Positions 26,069 to 39,168 of a stretch of 64,000 nt of DNA are shown piece by piece. This stretch comes from Octopus sinensis (Eukaryota): NCBI RefSeq assembly GCF_006345805.1, contig NC_043024.1, positions 9,362,001 through 9,426,000 on the forward strand. The letters run 5' to 3'. A program made the position numbers and the translations under genes. The notes below the pieces were generated by a model. It was not told the origin of the DNA. It was given only the letters and a program-made list of their open reading frames with translations, and ran no database searches. Position 1 is the stretch's first letter. Each line of letters begins with the position of its first letter.

Positions 26069-27267
26069 ATCTGTGTTTGTCCCCCCCAACATCGCTTGAC
26101 AACCGATGCTGGTGTGCTTACGTCTCCGTAACTTAACGCTTCGGCAAAAGAGACCGATAGAATAAGTAGTAGGCTTACAAAGAATAAGTCCTGGGGTTGA
26201 TTTACTTTGACTAAAGGCAGTGCTCCAGCATGGCCACAGTCAAATTACTGAAGCAAGTAAAAGAGGATAAAAGAATATCGCTACTAGTTTTATCATGTAT
26301 ACCATAAAAACCCATGTAATTTATGCATTTTTGAGGGGGCAAAAATAAAAAAAACTTTAGGGGTGTGAATATTACATGAGTAGATCATTTCCAGAATCCT
26401 TTTAGAAATTTTTTTCTTTATGTTAAAAAAAAAAACAGACCTACAAAATGTAAACATTCATACCAGAAGTTAACTTGTTTAATGTTAGAATAAATTTTTA
26501 CAGAAAAAAATAAGGGCTTAAATATAATGAAGTTGACTTTTATTTATGCTGAATGGTATACTCTTTTACTTGTTTCAGTCATTTGACTGCGGCCATGCTG
26601 GAGCACCGCCTTTAGTCGAGCAAATCGACCCCGGGACTTATTCTTTGTAAGCCCAGTACTTATTCTATCGGTCTCTTTTTGCCGAACCGCTAAGTGACGG
26701 GGACGTAAACACACCAGCATCCGTTGTCAAGCAATGCTAGGGGGACAAACACAGACACAGAAACACATACACACACATACACATATATATATACATATAT
26801 ACATCAGGCTTCTTTCAGTTTCCGTCTACCAAATCCACTCACAAGGCTTTGGTCGGCCCCGGGGCTATAGCAGAAAACACTTGCCCAAGATGCCACGCAG
26901 TGGGACTGAACCCGGAACCATGTGGCTGGTTAGCAAGCTACTTACCACACAGCCACTGGTATAATGCTTACTTTTTTTTTTTTTGTATAAGTTTACTCAA
27001 ACCATTAATGCTTATTGGTAATTAAACTTAATTTGCAACACCTGTGCGTATTTACCTGCTTTGTTTTTGTCGGTAATTCTTATCAACAACTTTTCCTGTG
27101 ATCATGATTTGCGAAGACATGCAGAAGGTATGTCTCTCGTGGGCAAAAAATGTAAGATAAAGTTTATTATAAACAACACAAGCACTTTGTAATTTAATAG
27201 CTTTTAATGTGATGCCTGTTAAGATAAATCATTTTTATTTAATGAAAACTTAATAGAATCTAATCAT

Positions 27268-27433
27268 AGGCGCAGGAGTGGCTGTGTGGTAAGTAGCTTG
27301 CTAACCAACCACATGGTTCCGGGTTCAGTCCCACTGCGTGTCATCTTGGGCAAGTGTCTTCTGCTATAGCCTCGGGCCGACCAATGCCTTGTGAGTGGAT
27401 TTGGTAGACGGAAACTGAAAGAAGCCTGTCATA

Positions 27434-27484
<51 letters not shown>

Positions 27485-27700
27485 GTGTTTGTGTGTCTGT
27501 GTTTGTCACCCTAGCATTGCTTGACAACCGATGCTGGTGTGTTTACGTCCCCGTCACTTAGCGGTTCGGCAAAAGGGACCGATAGAATAAGTACTAGGCT
27601 TACAAAGAATAAGTCCTGGGGTCGATTTGCTCAACTAAAAGGCGGTGCTCCAGCATGGCCGCAGTCAAATGACTGAAACAAGTAAAAGAGTAAAAAGAGT
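27268..27700 (+). mobile_element. SINE family A, representative full copy: tRNA-like head, CORE-like ccttgggcaag segment, central (TA)n/(TG)n, (AGTAAAAG)n tail. About 35 copies or fragments in the window
   Basis: Other copies: 62-291+, 4847-5395+, 5432-5838-, 6783-7193+, 13623-13928+, 15643-16015+, 17383-17790-, 22503-23080-, 23455-23855+, 26560-26957-, 28092-28475+, 39738-40165+, 40310-40708-, 44695-45308-, 46818-47215+, 48745-49145-, 53388-53795+, 55065-55380+ and others. Confidence 0.93.
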
Positions 27701-28253
27701 ATAAGCAAGTGAAATTATGCTAAATACAACTAAATTGAAAACCTTTTATTTCAATTTAGTTGTATTCAGCATAATTTCACTTGCCATATCAGCAATTCTG
27801 AAAACTTTCAGGTGTGAATTTTACATGAGTAGAAGCTTTCTATAACAAATTTTATCCTGAAAATCACCTGCATAAATTACGTCACAGGTGCCAAGCTGTA
27901 TCGACCCCTTTTCCTTTCCCTTGGATAAAATCGGTGGTGTGGAGAAAGGAGGCTGGTATGCATGGGCAACTGTTGGTCTTCCATAAACAACCTTGCTTGG
28001 ACTTGTGCCTCGCACTTTCTAAGTGCTAACCCATGGTTTTTAAGGGGTCTTTAATCTGTGGTAAATTCAGAACAATGTGAATGAATAAGCAGGCGCAGGA
28101 GTGGCTGTGTGGTAAGTAGTTTGCTTACCAACCACATGGTTCCGGGTTCAGTCCCACTGCGTAGCACCTTGGGTAAATGTCTTCTACTATAGCCCCGGGC
28201 CAACCAATGCCTTGTGAGTGGATTTGGTAGATGGAAACTGAAAGAAACCTGTC

Positions 28254-28296
<43 letters not shown>

Positions 28297-29817
28297 CGTG
28301 TGTGTCTGTGTTTGTCCCCCTAGCATTGCTTGACAACCGATGCTGGTGTGTTTACGTCCCCGTCACTTAGCGGTTCGGCAAAAGAGACCAAATAAGTCCT
28401 GGGGTCGATTTGCTCGATAAAAAGGCGGTGCTCCAGCATGGCTGCAGCCAAATGACTGAAACAAGTAAAAGAGTAATAAGCATAATATTTTGACACTCTG
28501 ACTGTTAAATGGTTTCACACCACAGCCTCCTATCCTCATCACCACCACTAGGTAGGGTTACCAACTGGCTAGGGCTCCACTCCGGGGAGGGGGGGACCTC
28601 TGCCCCCCACCAGCATCACCATCTCCATCACTGGTACACCAATCCCTTACATCTTTGCCTCAGTACCCCAGGAATCTAGCTGTACTGTCTCACTGCTTAC
28701 CCCCAGACAGGTCCCCATGCCTTAAAGAAATCAACACCACCCTCACCTCCACCCTTCACACTCCACACTTGCCCCTCCCCCCCCCGTTTTTCAATCCCAC
28801 ATCTCCTCCTCCCTCCCAGCTAATGTCTCACTCATCTTTATCTCTATTCATCCCCTCTCCCACTGCCACTCTCTAACCCTCTCGCCCCACCTACCCACAT
28901 TCTCTCTTTCCTTCTCTACCTTTTTCTATCCTTGTTTCTCTCTCTCTCTCTCTCTCATTCTCTCTCTCTCCCTCTCTCTCTGTTTATTTTTTTTTCTCTT
29001 TTGACTTTTACTTCAGAATTTTAGCTTCCTTCCTTCCTCCTTCCATTCATTCTAATTTGTCCCTTCTTCATTCCATTGTCTCCGTTTCTTCTTCTTCTTC
29101 TTCCTTCTTTCTTCTTCCTCTTCTTCTTCTTCCATCTTCTTCTTCTTCTTCATCTTCTTCTTCCTTTTTTTCTTCTCCTTCCTTTTCTTCTTCTCCTTCT
29201 TCCTTTTCTTCTCCTTCTTTTTCTTCTTCTTCCTTTTCTTCTTTTTCCTTTTCTTCTTCTTCCATCTTCTCCTTCTTCCATCTTCTTCTCCTCCTCCTCC
29301 TTCTTCCTCCTCCATCTACTTTCATCTTCTCCTCATCTTCCTCCTTCTTTCATCTTCTCCTCCTCCTTCTTCCTCCTCCATCTTCAGGGCCAGTGTGATA
29401 AAACAAAGGGGAATGCATTGTCAAAATGTGTCTTCCCTCTTTTTAAAGATGATAATAGACTTCTTCAGTATATGGCTGCTATTTCAAACAACAAATGATG
29501 CTGAGGTTTCCTCGCTCACTCCTCATCCAGACGTGATTCTATTTTGAAGAATTGCACACCTTCTTGACTCATCTCACACAGTAGCTTACATTGATGGTCG
29601 CTGTGGTGGTGATGATGATGATGATGACTGGTGACTCATGATGATGATGATGATGATAGCAGTGATGATGATGATGGTGGTGAACACAGTTGCAAAGAAA
29701 ACCTAACGAATCAGTCTTTCTACTTCTTAGATCTGCTTCCATTGTGTACAAACCATTTTGGTACCAATCTGTCTGACCCCATCCTTTTTGTTCTTTGAGA
29801 CAAATTCCCTGTTTTAA

Positions 29818-30370
29818 CCCCTTTGTTACCGTATTTATTTTGAGATGCTCTGTGTTTCTTTCAATTATTTTAAATTGTTGGCATCCTTTTTGTCTCAGGA
29901 GACAATGGAGTTGCGCATAAAGTAGTCTAGTCCAGCTTTTACATTTCATGTCCTAATACATTTCCTGCTGTGGCTGTGTAGTCCTATCCTGGACAAACAC
30001 TCCCTCTGGCAGGTACCGCAAATGTAGCGAAGACTGTTCCTGGCTGGTTGTAATGCCATAGTCTCTTGTTGACATCTTTTCTTGTCTTTCCATCTCTCCT
30101 CTCTCTCTCTGTCACTCCTTTGTGTTCCCTCTTTTACGGTACGTCGCCAGTCTTCACGGTTGCCGGCAACTGCCTCCCAACCGCTAATATTGATGTTGCA
30201 GGCCTTCATGTCCCTTTTGCAAACATCCTTGTAACGTAAGAGCGGTCTACCCACAGACCTAGTACCCCTAACAAGCTCTCCGTAGAGTATGTCCTTGGGG
30301 ATTCTGCCATCTTTCATACGGTAACAAAGAATTTAGTAAAATAACTTAGTTATCATTCAGCTAGTGTTAA
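29818..30370. mobile_element. Split, truncated copy of the 3266 MITE (29818-29875 and 30322-30370) interrupted by the RTE fragment
   Basis: The sequence on either side of the LINE is contiguous in the intact MITE (…ttttaaat|(a)taacaaagaatttag…). Confidence 0.85.
29876..30321 (-). mobile_element. RTE-clade LINE 3' fragment (ORF2 C-terminus + 3' UTR), nested in a piggyBac-like MITE
   Basis: ORF 29946-30317: RIPKDILYGEL..G.R..GRP.LRYKD..KRDMK...WE..A..R..WR, and a terminal C2H2-like CGTCQRECLSRIGLHSHSRKC. The 3' UTR ends ...gagacaaaaaggatgccaacaa. Confidence 0.88.
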
Positions 30371-30719
30371 AGCTTAACAGACATGAGAACATTCTTGAAC
30401 ATTTGTATGCGTATAAGTCTACCTTGGACAACATTATCCAATGTATACTCATATTTGTGAGACAGCTGGCTGTTATATAAAAGCAGGTTTGGCTACTGTT
30501 TCTGCCAGGTCGAGAGGCCAAGTAGAGGCTTGTGTTATTTTTAATGAAATACCAAAAACTGGAAGCAGGTGACCATTCCTTAATTTTACTGGTTTAACGA
30601 GTCTGTCAGGAATACGAAATGTCACCCGATTGATTCTCCTGTATCTCTTTGTTATTTTAAAATGGGGTCTGTGGACTTCTACCTTTTAGTGTAGGGAGGT
30701 GGGGGGAGGGGCACACAAC

Positions 30720-32700
30720 CACCTTTACTACAGACATCATCATCACCACCACCACTACCACGAACGTCATTACCACCATGACCACCACTACCAAATCTAC
30801 ATCCATAACCATCATCATCATCATCATCGGCACCGTCTCCACTGTTAGCCTCGCCACTATCACCATCATGACCACCACTACCAAATCTACATCCATAACC
30901 ATCATCATCATCGTCGTCACCACTGTTACCCTTGACATCATCACAGCAATCACCACCACCACTACCAACATCATCACCACCATTACTATCCCCACCTCTT
31001 TCAACATCATCATCACCACCACCATGACCACCACTACCAAATCTACATCCATAACCATCATCATCATCGTCGTCACCACTGTTACCCTTGACATCATCAC
31101 AGCAATCACCACCACCATTACTATCCCCACCACCTCCAACATCACCACCACCTCTACCACCACCACTACCACCATTACTATCCCCACCACCTCCACATCA
31201 CCACCACCTCTACACCACCACTACCACCTTACTATCCCCACCACCTCTACCACCACCACTACCACCACCCACCATCACCACCACCTCTACACCACCACTA
31301 CCACATTACTATCCCCACCACCTCTACCACCACCACTACCACCTTACTATCCCCACCACCTCCAACATCACCACCACCTCTACCACCACCACTACCACCA
31401 TTACTATCCCCACCACCTCTACCACCACCACTACCACCATTACTATCCCCACCACCTCCAACATCACCACCACCTCTACCACCACCACCACCACCATTAC
31501 TATCCCCACCACCTCTACCACCACCACCACCACCATTACTATCCCCACCACCTCTACCACCACCACTACCACCATTACTATCCCCACCACCTCCAACATC
31601 ACCACCACCTCTACCACCACCACCACCACCATTACTATCCCCACCACCTCTACCACCACCACTACCACCATTACTATCCCCACCACCTCCAACATCACCA
31701 CCACCTCTACCACCACCACTACCACCATTACTATCCCCACCACCTCCAACATCACCACCACCTCTACCACCACCACTACCACCATTACTATCCCCACCAC
31801 CTCTACCACCACCACTACCACCATTACTATCCCCACCACCTCCAACATCACCACCACCTCTACCACCACCACTACCACCATTACTATCCCCACCACCTCT
31901 ACCAACATCATCACCATCATTACTATCCCCACCGCTTTCAACATCATCATCACCACCACCATGACCACCACTACCAAATCTACATCCATAACCATCATCA
32001 TCATCGTCGTCACCACTGTTACCCTTGACATCATCACAGCAATCACCACCACCATTACTATCCCCACCACCTCTACCACCACCACTACCACCATTACTAT
32101 CCCCACCACCTCTACCAACATCATCACCATCATTACTATCCCCACCCCTTTCAACATCATCTTCACCACCACCATGACCACCACTACCAAATCTACATCC
32201 ATAACCATCATCATCATCGTCGTCACCACTGTTACCCTTGACATCATCACAGCAATCACCACCACCTCTACCAACATCATCACCATCATTACTATCCCCA
32301 CCCCTTTCAACATCATCATCACCACCACCATGACCACCACTACCAAATCTACATCCATAACCATCATCATCATCGTCGTCACCACTGTTACCCTTGACAT
32401 CATCACAGCAATCACCACCACCTCTACCAACATCATCACCATCATTACTATCCCCACCCCTTTCAACATCATCATCACCACCACCATGACCACCACTACC
32501 AAATCTACATCCATAACCATCATCATCATCATCGGCACCGTCTCCACTGTTAGCCTCGCCACTATCACCATCACAGCAACCACCACCACCACCTCCACCT
32601 TCACCACCACCACTACCAACATCATCACCATCATTGCTATCCCCACCCTTTTCAACACCACCACCACCACTACCACCACCCACCATCACCACCGCCAACA
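30720..32700. repeat. Complex (CAC/CAT/TAC)n low-complexity array with longer duplicated blocks
   Basis: Recurrent accaccactaccaccattactatccccaccacct units and ~130-bp higher-order blocks. Confidence 0.92.
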
Positions 32701-33057
32701 ACTGGTTATTCTGGATAAACATGTGACTTGCCTGTCTTCTTGAAATACAAACCTTCCTCTCTACAACACAACAACAGCAACAGCAACAACAACAGCTTTA
32801 TGCTTTCAACTCTAAACTCCACATTGTGTATTGGTTGGTATTATATAACAAGGTTCGTTATGGCGTAATTATCAATGTGGCTTGAATAGGAGTGTTTAAT
32901 TGGGAGTGTCAGGTGGGTGGAAAGCTATCCAGTTCGCGCTATTGTTATATGCATATATTCACTTCATGAATGCATTTATATACACACACAGCATATATAT
33001 ACTCAAACGTGTATATAAACATACACAGTATACATTTATACACACACACACGTATAC

Positions 33058-33088
<31 letters not shown>

Positions 33089-33165
33089 TACACATATCTG
33101 TGTGTGTGTGTATATATATACATGTATACACACATTTACATGCACACATGCATACACACATATAG

Positions 33166-33247
<82 letters not shown>

Positions 33248-33263
33248 CACACATACACATATG

Positions 33264-33322
<59 letters not shown>

Positions 33323-33358
33323 ATATATATATATATATATATACAACATACACATATG

Positions 33359-33405
<47 letters not shown>

Positions 33406-34698
33406 ACATATGTGTGTGTATATATATATATACACACATACACATATGTGTGTGTATATATATATACATGTATACACACATGTACATGCATACACATACA
33501 TATATACACATGGATATATATACATTTGCATATACAGTCGCATATATATTTACGTATATATACTCTTTTCTCTTTTACTTGTTTCAGTCATTTGACTGTG
33601 GCCATGGACTTATTCTTTGTAAGCCTAGTACTTATTCTATTGGTCTCTTTTTGCCGAACCACTAAGTGACAGGGACATAAACACACCACCATCAGTTGTC
33701 AAGCAATGTTGGGAAGACAAATACAGACACACAAACATATACACACACATGCATATATATATATATATATACATATATACGACAGGCTTCTTTCAGTTTC
33801 CATCTACCAAATCCACTCACAAGGCATTGGTCGGCCCGGGCATACCCTTGAGGTTTGAAAGCCATAATATAAGTGGCAGGATATTGCGAAGGAAGTGTGA
33901 TTAAAGAGTGCAAGTAAGTGGCAAAAGACCTGGGTATATATAGAGTCGTTGGGGGCAGGGGCTACCGGAGAGCAATTATACAGAGGAACAGGGCCATGAG
34001 GACAGGATTAGGGAGTGAGAGCCAGGCATTGTGTATGAAGGAGAAAATGAAAGAAAGAGAAGAGATGTGGAGAACTGGATTGGTTTGTTGAGGTAGGGTG
34101 AGGGAAAGGTTTTCTTGTAATGTGTAGGTGGAACACACAGGTTGGGAACTAACATCATCATTTAACGTCTGCTTTCCATGCTAGCATGGGTTGGACGATT
34201 TGACTGAGGACTGGCGAACCAGATGGCTGCACCAGGCATCAATCTGATCTGGCATAGTTTCTACAGCTGGATGCCCTTCCTAACGCCAACCACTCTGAGA
34301 GTGTAGTGGGTGCTTTTACATGTTACTGGCACGAGGGCCAGTTTGGTGGTACTGGCAATGGCCACACCCAAATGGTGCTTTTTATGTGCCACCCGCACAG
34401 GAGCCAGTCCAGCGGCACTGGCAACGACCTCGCTTGAATGTTTCACATGTTTCAGATAGCAATAATACAGTGAGACAGGGTGTGTGGGTAGAACACACCG
34501 GTCAGGGTGGGGTGGCTAGTAGAGAGCAATGATACAGTGGCACAGGGCCAAGATGACGGGATTGGGGAGTGGGAGGTAAGCATAGTACATGAAGCAGAAA
34601 TGTGAGGGAGGGAAGAAATGTAGAGACATAGTATGGTTTGTTGTTGAGTATGTGAGAGGTTTTCTTGTTAAGTGTAGATGGGACACTGCTTCTAGAAC

Positions 34699-35260
34699 TC
34701 AGTTTTGCTGACATGGGCGAGTCTTCTCAAGAATTTCATATCGCCAGACATCTCGATCCATTATTTCCTCTCTGAGGCCTAACTTCCTGAGATCGGTCCT
34801 TACTACTTCATCCCACGTCTTTCTGGGTCTCCCTCTTCTGCAGATACCATCCACTTTCAGTGATTGCCCCTTCTTTATGCAGCTGTCCTCATTCATACAC
34901 ATCACATCTCCAAACCAACGGAGTCTTCTCTCTTGCATGCTACATTTGATTCCTCTTATGCCCAACTTTTCTCTCAATACATTTTGCACTTCGCCATACA
35001 TGTGAACTGATGTTGCACATCTGATGGAGCCTACTACCTTAATTTCTCTCCAGTCTATGCACATCTTCTGCTTTCAGAGCCCATGTCTCACTACCATGGA
35101 ATATAGCCGTTCATGCACAAGCATCATATAGTCTACTTTCACTTTGAGAAAGAGTCCTTTTGTTGCTAACCGAGGTAATGGTTCTTTGAACTTCCTCCTC
35201 CCAATTCTTATTCTAGAAACAACACTTTCAGAGCATCCTCCACCATTGCTAATTTGGTCA
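34699..35260 (-). mobile_element. Degenerate RTE-clade LINE ORF2 C-terminal fragment
   Basis: GGGCSESVVSRIRIG..KFKE.LP.LATKG..., HGSETW, and LRWFG.VM.M.EDSCIKK...RGRPRKTWDEVV..DL..LGL motifs, with frameshifts and stops. Confidence 0.87.
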
Positions 35261-37028
35261 TTGCTGCCTAACTTGGTTTACAGATAGTGTCTTTGTAAAG
35301 CAATCCTCTGCATGGTGCTACTCCCTGCTACATGGTAACAAGTGCTGCTTGTTGAAGAAGTTTTAGCTTTGACTGTGGCCATGGGGCGGAGTTTATGCTG
35401 AAGTTGTTTAAGTGGCTACTGGAGTTTCAGTTGGTCAGGCTGGTAGACATACGTTTACATGCACACACAGTTACACACATATACACAGATGGACACATAC
35501 ACACACAAACACACACACACAAACACACACACACAAACACACACACACAAACACACACACAAACACACACAAACACACACAAACACACACAAACACACAC
35601 ACAACACACACAAACACACACACAAACACACACAAACACACACGTTAATAAATGGCTGGATGATAGGTCAGTGCAGTTTTGGTCATGCAGTCCTGTTGCC
35701 ATAGTAATTGACCACTACATGCAATGGTTCAACCACAAACATACACTGAGAGGGCATTTATGAATTTTTCAAAAAGGACACGAAATAGAAATAAAACAAC
35801 AATACGGATCTTTTATCACATGATATCATAGAGTTTGGGAGACTTGACATTGGAGATGTACTTGAAGATATCAGGTTTAATAGCTCAGCCTTCTTGTATC
35901 ACAATTGTGAGTTGAGGGCCTAATCTTGTAATAAAGACCCTGTATTTTGTTACTCACGCATTTCTTGTATATCACCACTCCTCCTCTTGTGTCAATGACA
36001 GACTAAAGTACATCATAGAGATCACTATGGATGTTATAGTAGTAGTAGTAGAATCAATCCCAGAATGAAGTGGTTGTCAAGTGGGTTGTCCAAACACAGC
36101 CTCAAGCCCCTATGTTTATATTTAGCACAGTATTTTTGTCCATCTTGGAATGAAAGACTTATATCTACCCACCCTATGTCTTTCTCCATTCAAGGTCGAT
36201 AAATTAAGTACCAGTTACGCACTGGGGTCGATGTAATCGACTTAATCCCTTTGTCTGTCCTTGTTTGTCCCCTCTATGTTTAGCCCCTTGGAAGTAATAA
36301 AGAAATAACAAACACAGATACACACACACATACACACGTATGGGCTTCTTTCAGTTTCCATCTACCAAATCCACTGACAGTGCTTTGGTTGGCCTGAGGC
36401 TATAGTAGAAGACACTTGCCGAGGTACCACGCAGTGAAACCGAACCTGGAATTATGTGGTTGGGAAGCAAACCTCTTACCACACGGCTATGCCTGCACCT
36501 AATTTACCTTGGGCTACATTATCCAGTGAGCCCTTTTAAGACTGCAGAGTATAGTTGGAGGAGGTGGATTTGCCTGCTGCTTCTAGCCTGCTGTGCTTAG
36601 TGATGGATATCCAATATATTAGAAGCTTAATAAATATCCTTTATAATCATTTCAGTGTCATAGATTAATTTTCTCTTTTGACATTTTGATGTCCATGTTC
36701 CACAGTCCACTAATTTATTGGGGCACCAGTTGGTCTTCAAGTGAGGAAGGGGGCAAACCAGTTCAGTTTAGCTCAAAAGTGCCTAATCATTTATTACCTA
36801 ATAACACCTTTGATTGCTATTTTATTGTGACAGACCCCACCACCTAGACATTCAAAACTAGTTTTATAGAAAATAAGGTCAAAATTCATATTTCATTCTC
36901 GACAGATTCACTTCTGTAGGTCGATCTATGGGACCTCATTGTTTCGTGCAATAAATACCAGTCCATACATCTAAAGCAAAATATTTTTAGGGGCCCTTCA
37001 AATACTACTGTAGATGCTCAATATACTA

Positions 37029-37090
37029 TTGGGTTGCCCGGAAAGTTCGTGCCACTTTTTAAAGGAAAGAAAAAGGTCAATAAATAATTG
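37029..37090. mobile_element. Solo terminal fragment of the same mariner family
   Basis: ta|ttgggttgcccggaaagttcgtgcc...ggtcaataaata matches the 37151 end. Confidence 0.8.
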
Positions 37091-37150
37091 TTAGTATATA
37101 GAATACAATGTAAGTGAAGCCAGTAACAATAGCAACAACAGACCTTAATA

Positions 37151-37712
37151 TTGGGCTGTCCAGAAAGTTCTTGCCGATTTTTCAAGGAAAAAGATCAATA
37201 AATATTTGCCATTACATTTTTAATCAACCACATGTGAACCATTTTGTTGCACAATGCGTCTCCATCTTTCCTTTAACTTGAAAATACCCTCTTCCCAGAA
37301 TTGAGGTGGTTTCATAGCAAAGAATTCATCAAAGTATCTTTTTACGTCATCCAAGGAATTGAAATTTTTACCATTAAGACTATTCTACAGAGATCTGAAG
37401 AAGTGGAAATCCAAAAGAGCAATATCTGGTGAATATGGAGGGTTGGGTAACACATCCCAACCGAGCTGCAGCAATTTTTGTCTGGTTCCCAAAGCATCAA
37501 GTGCCGAAAATGAACTTTCTTATCTTCCATTTTAAAGGGTTTCAAAATTAACACAGGCTATAGGAACATAAACCTTCTTCCACGAAAAGATAGCTTAAAC
37601 TGTACTGTAAATGGAGGTGTAGTCAAATCCTATTTTATGGACTCAACCATGTTCTAAAATAAGTCGAAAGGTAAGCTACTATAAATTGGCACGAACTTTC
37701 TGGACAACCCAA
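37151..37712 (-). mobile_element. Internally deleted mariner (Tc1/mariner) transposon
   Basis: ~30-bp TIRs (ttgggctgtccagaaagttc / gaactttctggacaacccaa) flanked by TA. The N-terminus MEDKKVHFRHLML is fused by deletion to the C-terminal ...LGWDVLPNPPYSPDIALLDFHFFRSL*NSLNGKNF...WEEGIFKLKERWRRIVQQNGSHVVD* (YSPDLAP-like motif, internal stop). Confidence 0.93.
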
Positions 37713-38845
37713 TATTTTGTTGTGTGGACACCCAAAATCTTATATGAACCCTCAGGGGCCATATGGCCTCCAGTTGAGAACTACTAGTTTAGCTAAGAGC
37801 GTGATTTGAACTCTGCATTCCAAATTAATTGCCATCTCCCTTAAGATACTTTTATTACAGGTTAGCACAATCATAGAGCAAAGTGTGAGCCTCAGTTACT
37901 TTGATTTACTGAATTATTTTGATTTTAGTTAGTAAAAAGCACCATTCGAGTGTGATCGTTACCAGCGTCGCCTTACTGGCACATGAAAAGACATTTCAGC
38001 GAGGTCGTTGCCAGTGCCACTGGACTGACTCCTGTGCAGGTGGCACATAAAAAGCACCATTTGAGCATGGCCGTTGCTAGTACCGCATGACTGGCCCTCA
38101 TGCCAGTGGTACATAAAAGCACCCACTACACTCACGGAGTGGCTGGCATTAGGAAGGGCATCCAGCTGTAGAAACTTTGCCAGATCAAGATTGGAGCCTG
38201 GTGTAGCCATCTGGTTCGCCGGTCCTCAGTCAAATCGTCCTACCCATGCTAGCATGGAAAGTGGACTTTAAACGATAATGATGATGATATATGCATATGT
38301 GTGTGTATATGTACAAACGTGTGTGTGTGTGTGTGTACATATATACATACACACACACACACACATAAAATACACTTTAACTGAAATGCAGTTTCCCCCA
38401 AATTAAACACATGTAATATAATAAATGTGAAAGTCAGTGTGTCACACTTTTTCAACATTACTCCTAGGGGCCATAGCCCAACATATCATAACATTTTGGC
38501 ATCATGCTGACTCCGTGAGTAAATTAAGAACATTCCAGGCCAAATCCTGACCTGCAATCCTGAAATTTTGGTAATACCTATGTTTTCATTACTGTAACTG
38601 TTTTCGGTGAATTTTTTTTTTTTTGTTTTTACATGATTTTTAGCAACGAATATGATCATCATTGTGATATGATTCTGGAGGAAGCAATTGCGACAAATTC
38701 TCCAAAACACATCAGAGATCTGTTTGCAGATCTTCCAATTCAGAGTTAGTTACTTAAAAGCTACACATTAGGTTAAAATCTGCCACCATGATAGATCATT
38801 AGCCACTACACACATTTTCTTTCTCTCCTTGTTTTTTCTGTGTCC

Positions 38846-38881
38846 CTTTCTGTAGAAGAGCGTAGGCTCGAAACGTAAAAG
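38846..38881 (+). ncRNA. Minimal hammerhead-like motif, core variant CUGUAGA, in a ~185-bp element ending in (TA)n
   Basis: Reads CTTT CTGTAGA A GAG-cgtagg-CTC GAAA CGT A AAAG; palindromic ACGT stem III. Confidence 0.6.
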
Positions 38882-39132
38882 ATGTTTTCTATTCCTGAGC
38901 TTTATACTAATTAATACATCTGTTTGTTTTGTACACCACCTGTCTTCGTCTTTTGTTTTTATCGTAAACTCTCCCTACATATATATATATATATAATATA
39001 TATATATATATATGCTACCCCGTCCAACCCATGCTAGCATGGAAAGCGGACGTTAAATGATGATGATGATATATATGATAGATCGTTAGCCACTACACAC
39101 ATTTTTTTCTCTCCTTGTTTTTTTCTGTGTCC

Positions 39133-39168
39133 CTTTCTGTAGAAGAGCGTAGGCTCGAAACATAAAAG
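39133..39168 (+). ncRNA. Second copy of the 38846 hammerhead-like motif (ACGT->ACAT)
   Basis: Lies in direct repeat 39077-39260 of 38793-38975. Confidence 0.55.

Noticed and set aside
29040-29400. Glu/Lys-rich or Ser-rich ORFs
   Set aside because: (CTT)n trinucleotide tract.
30657-32743. Mucin-like Thr-rich, His-rich or Gly-rich ORFs (416-551 aa)
   Set aside because: Low-complexity CAC/CAT repeat open in several frames on both strands; no splice or signal context.
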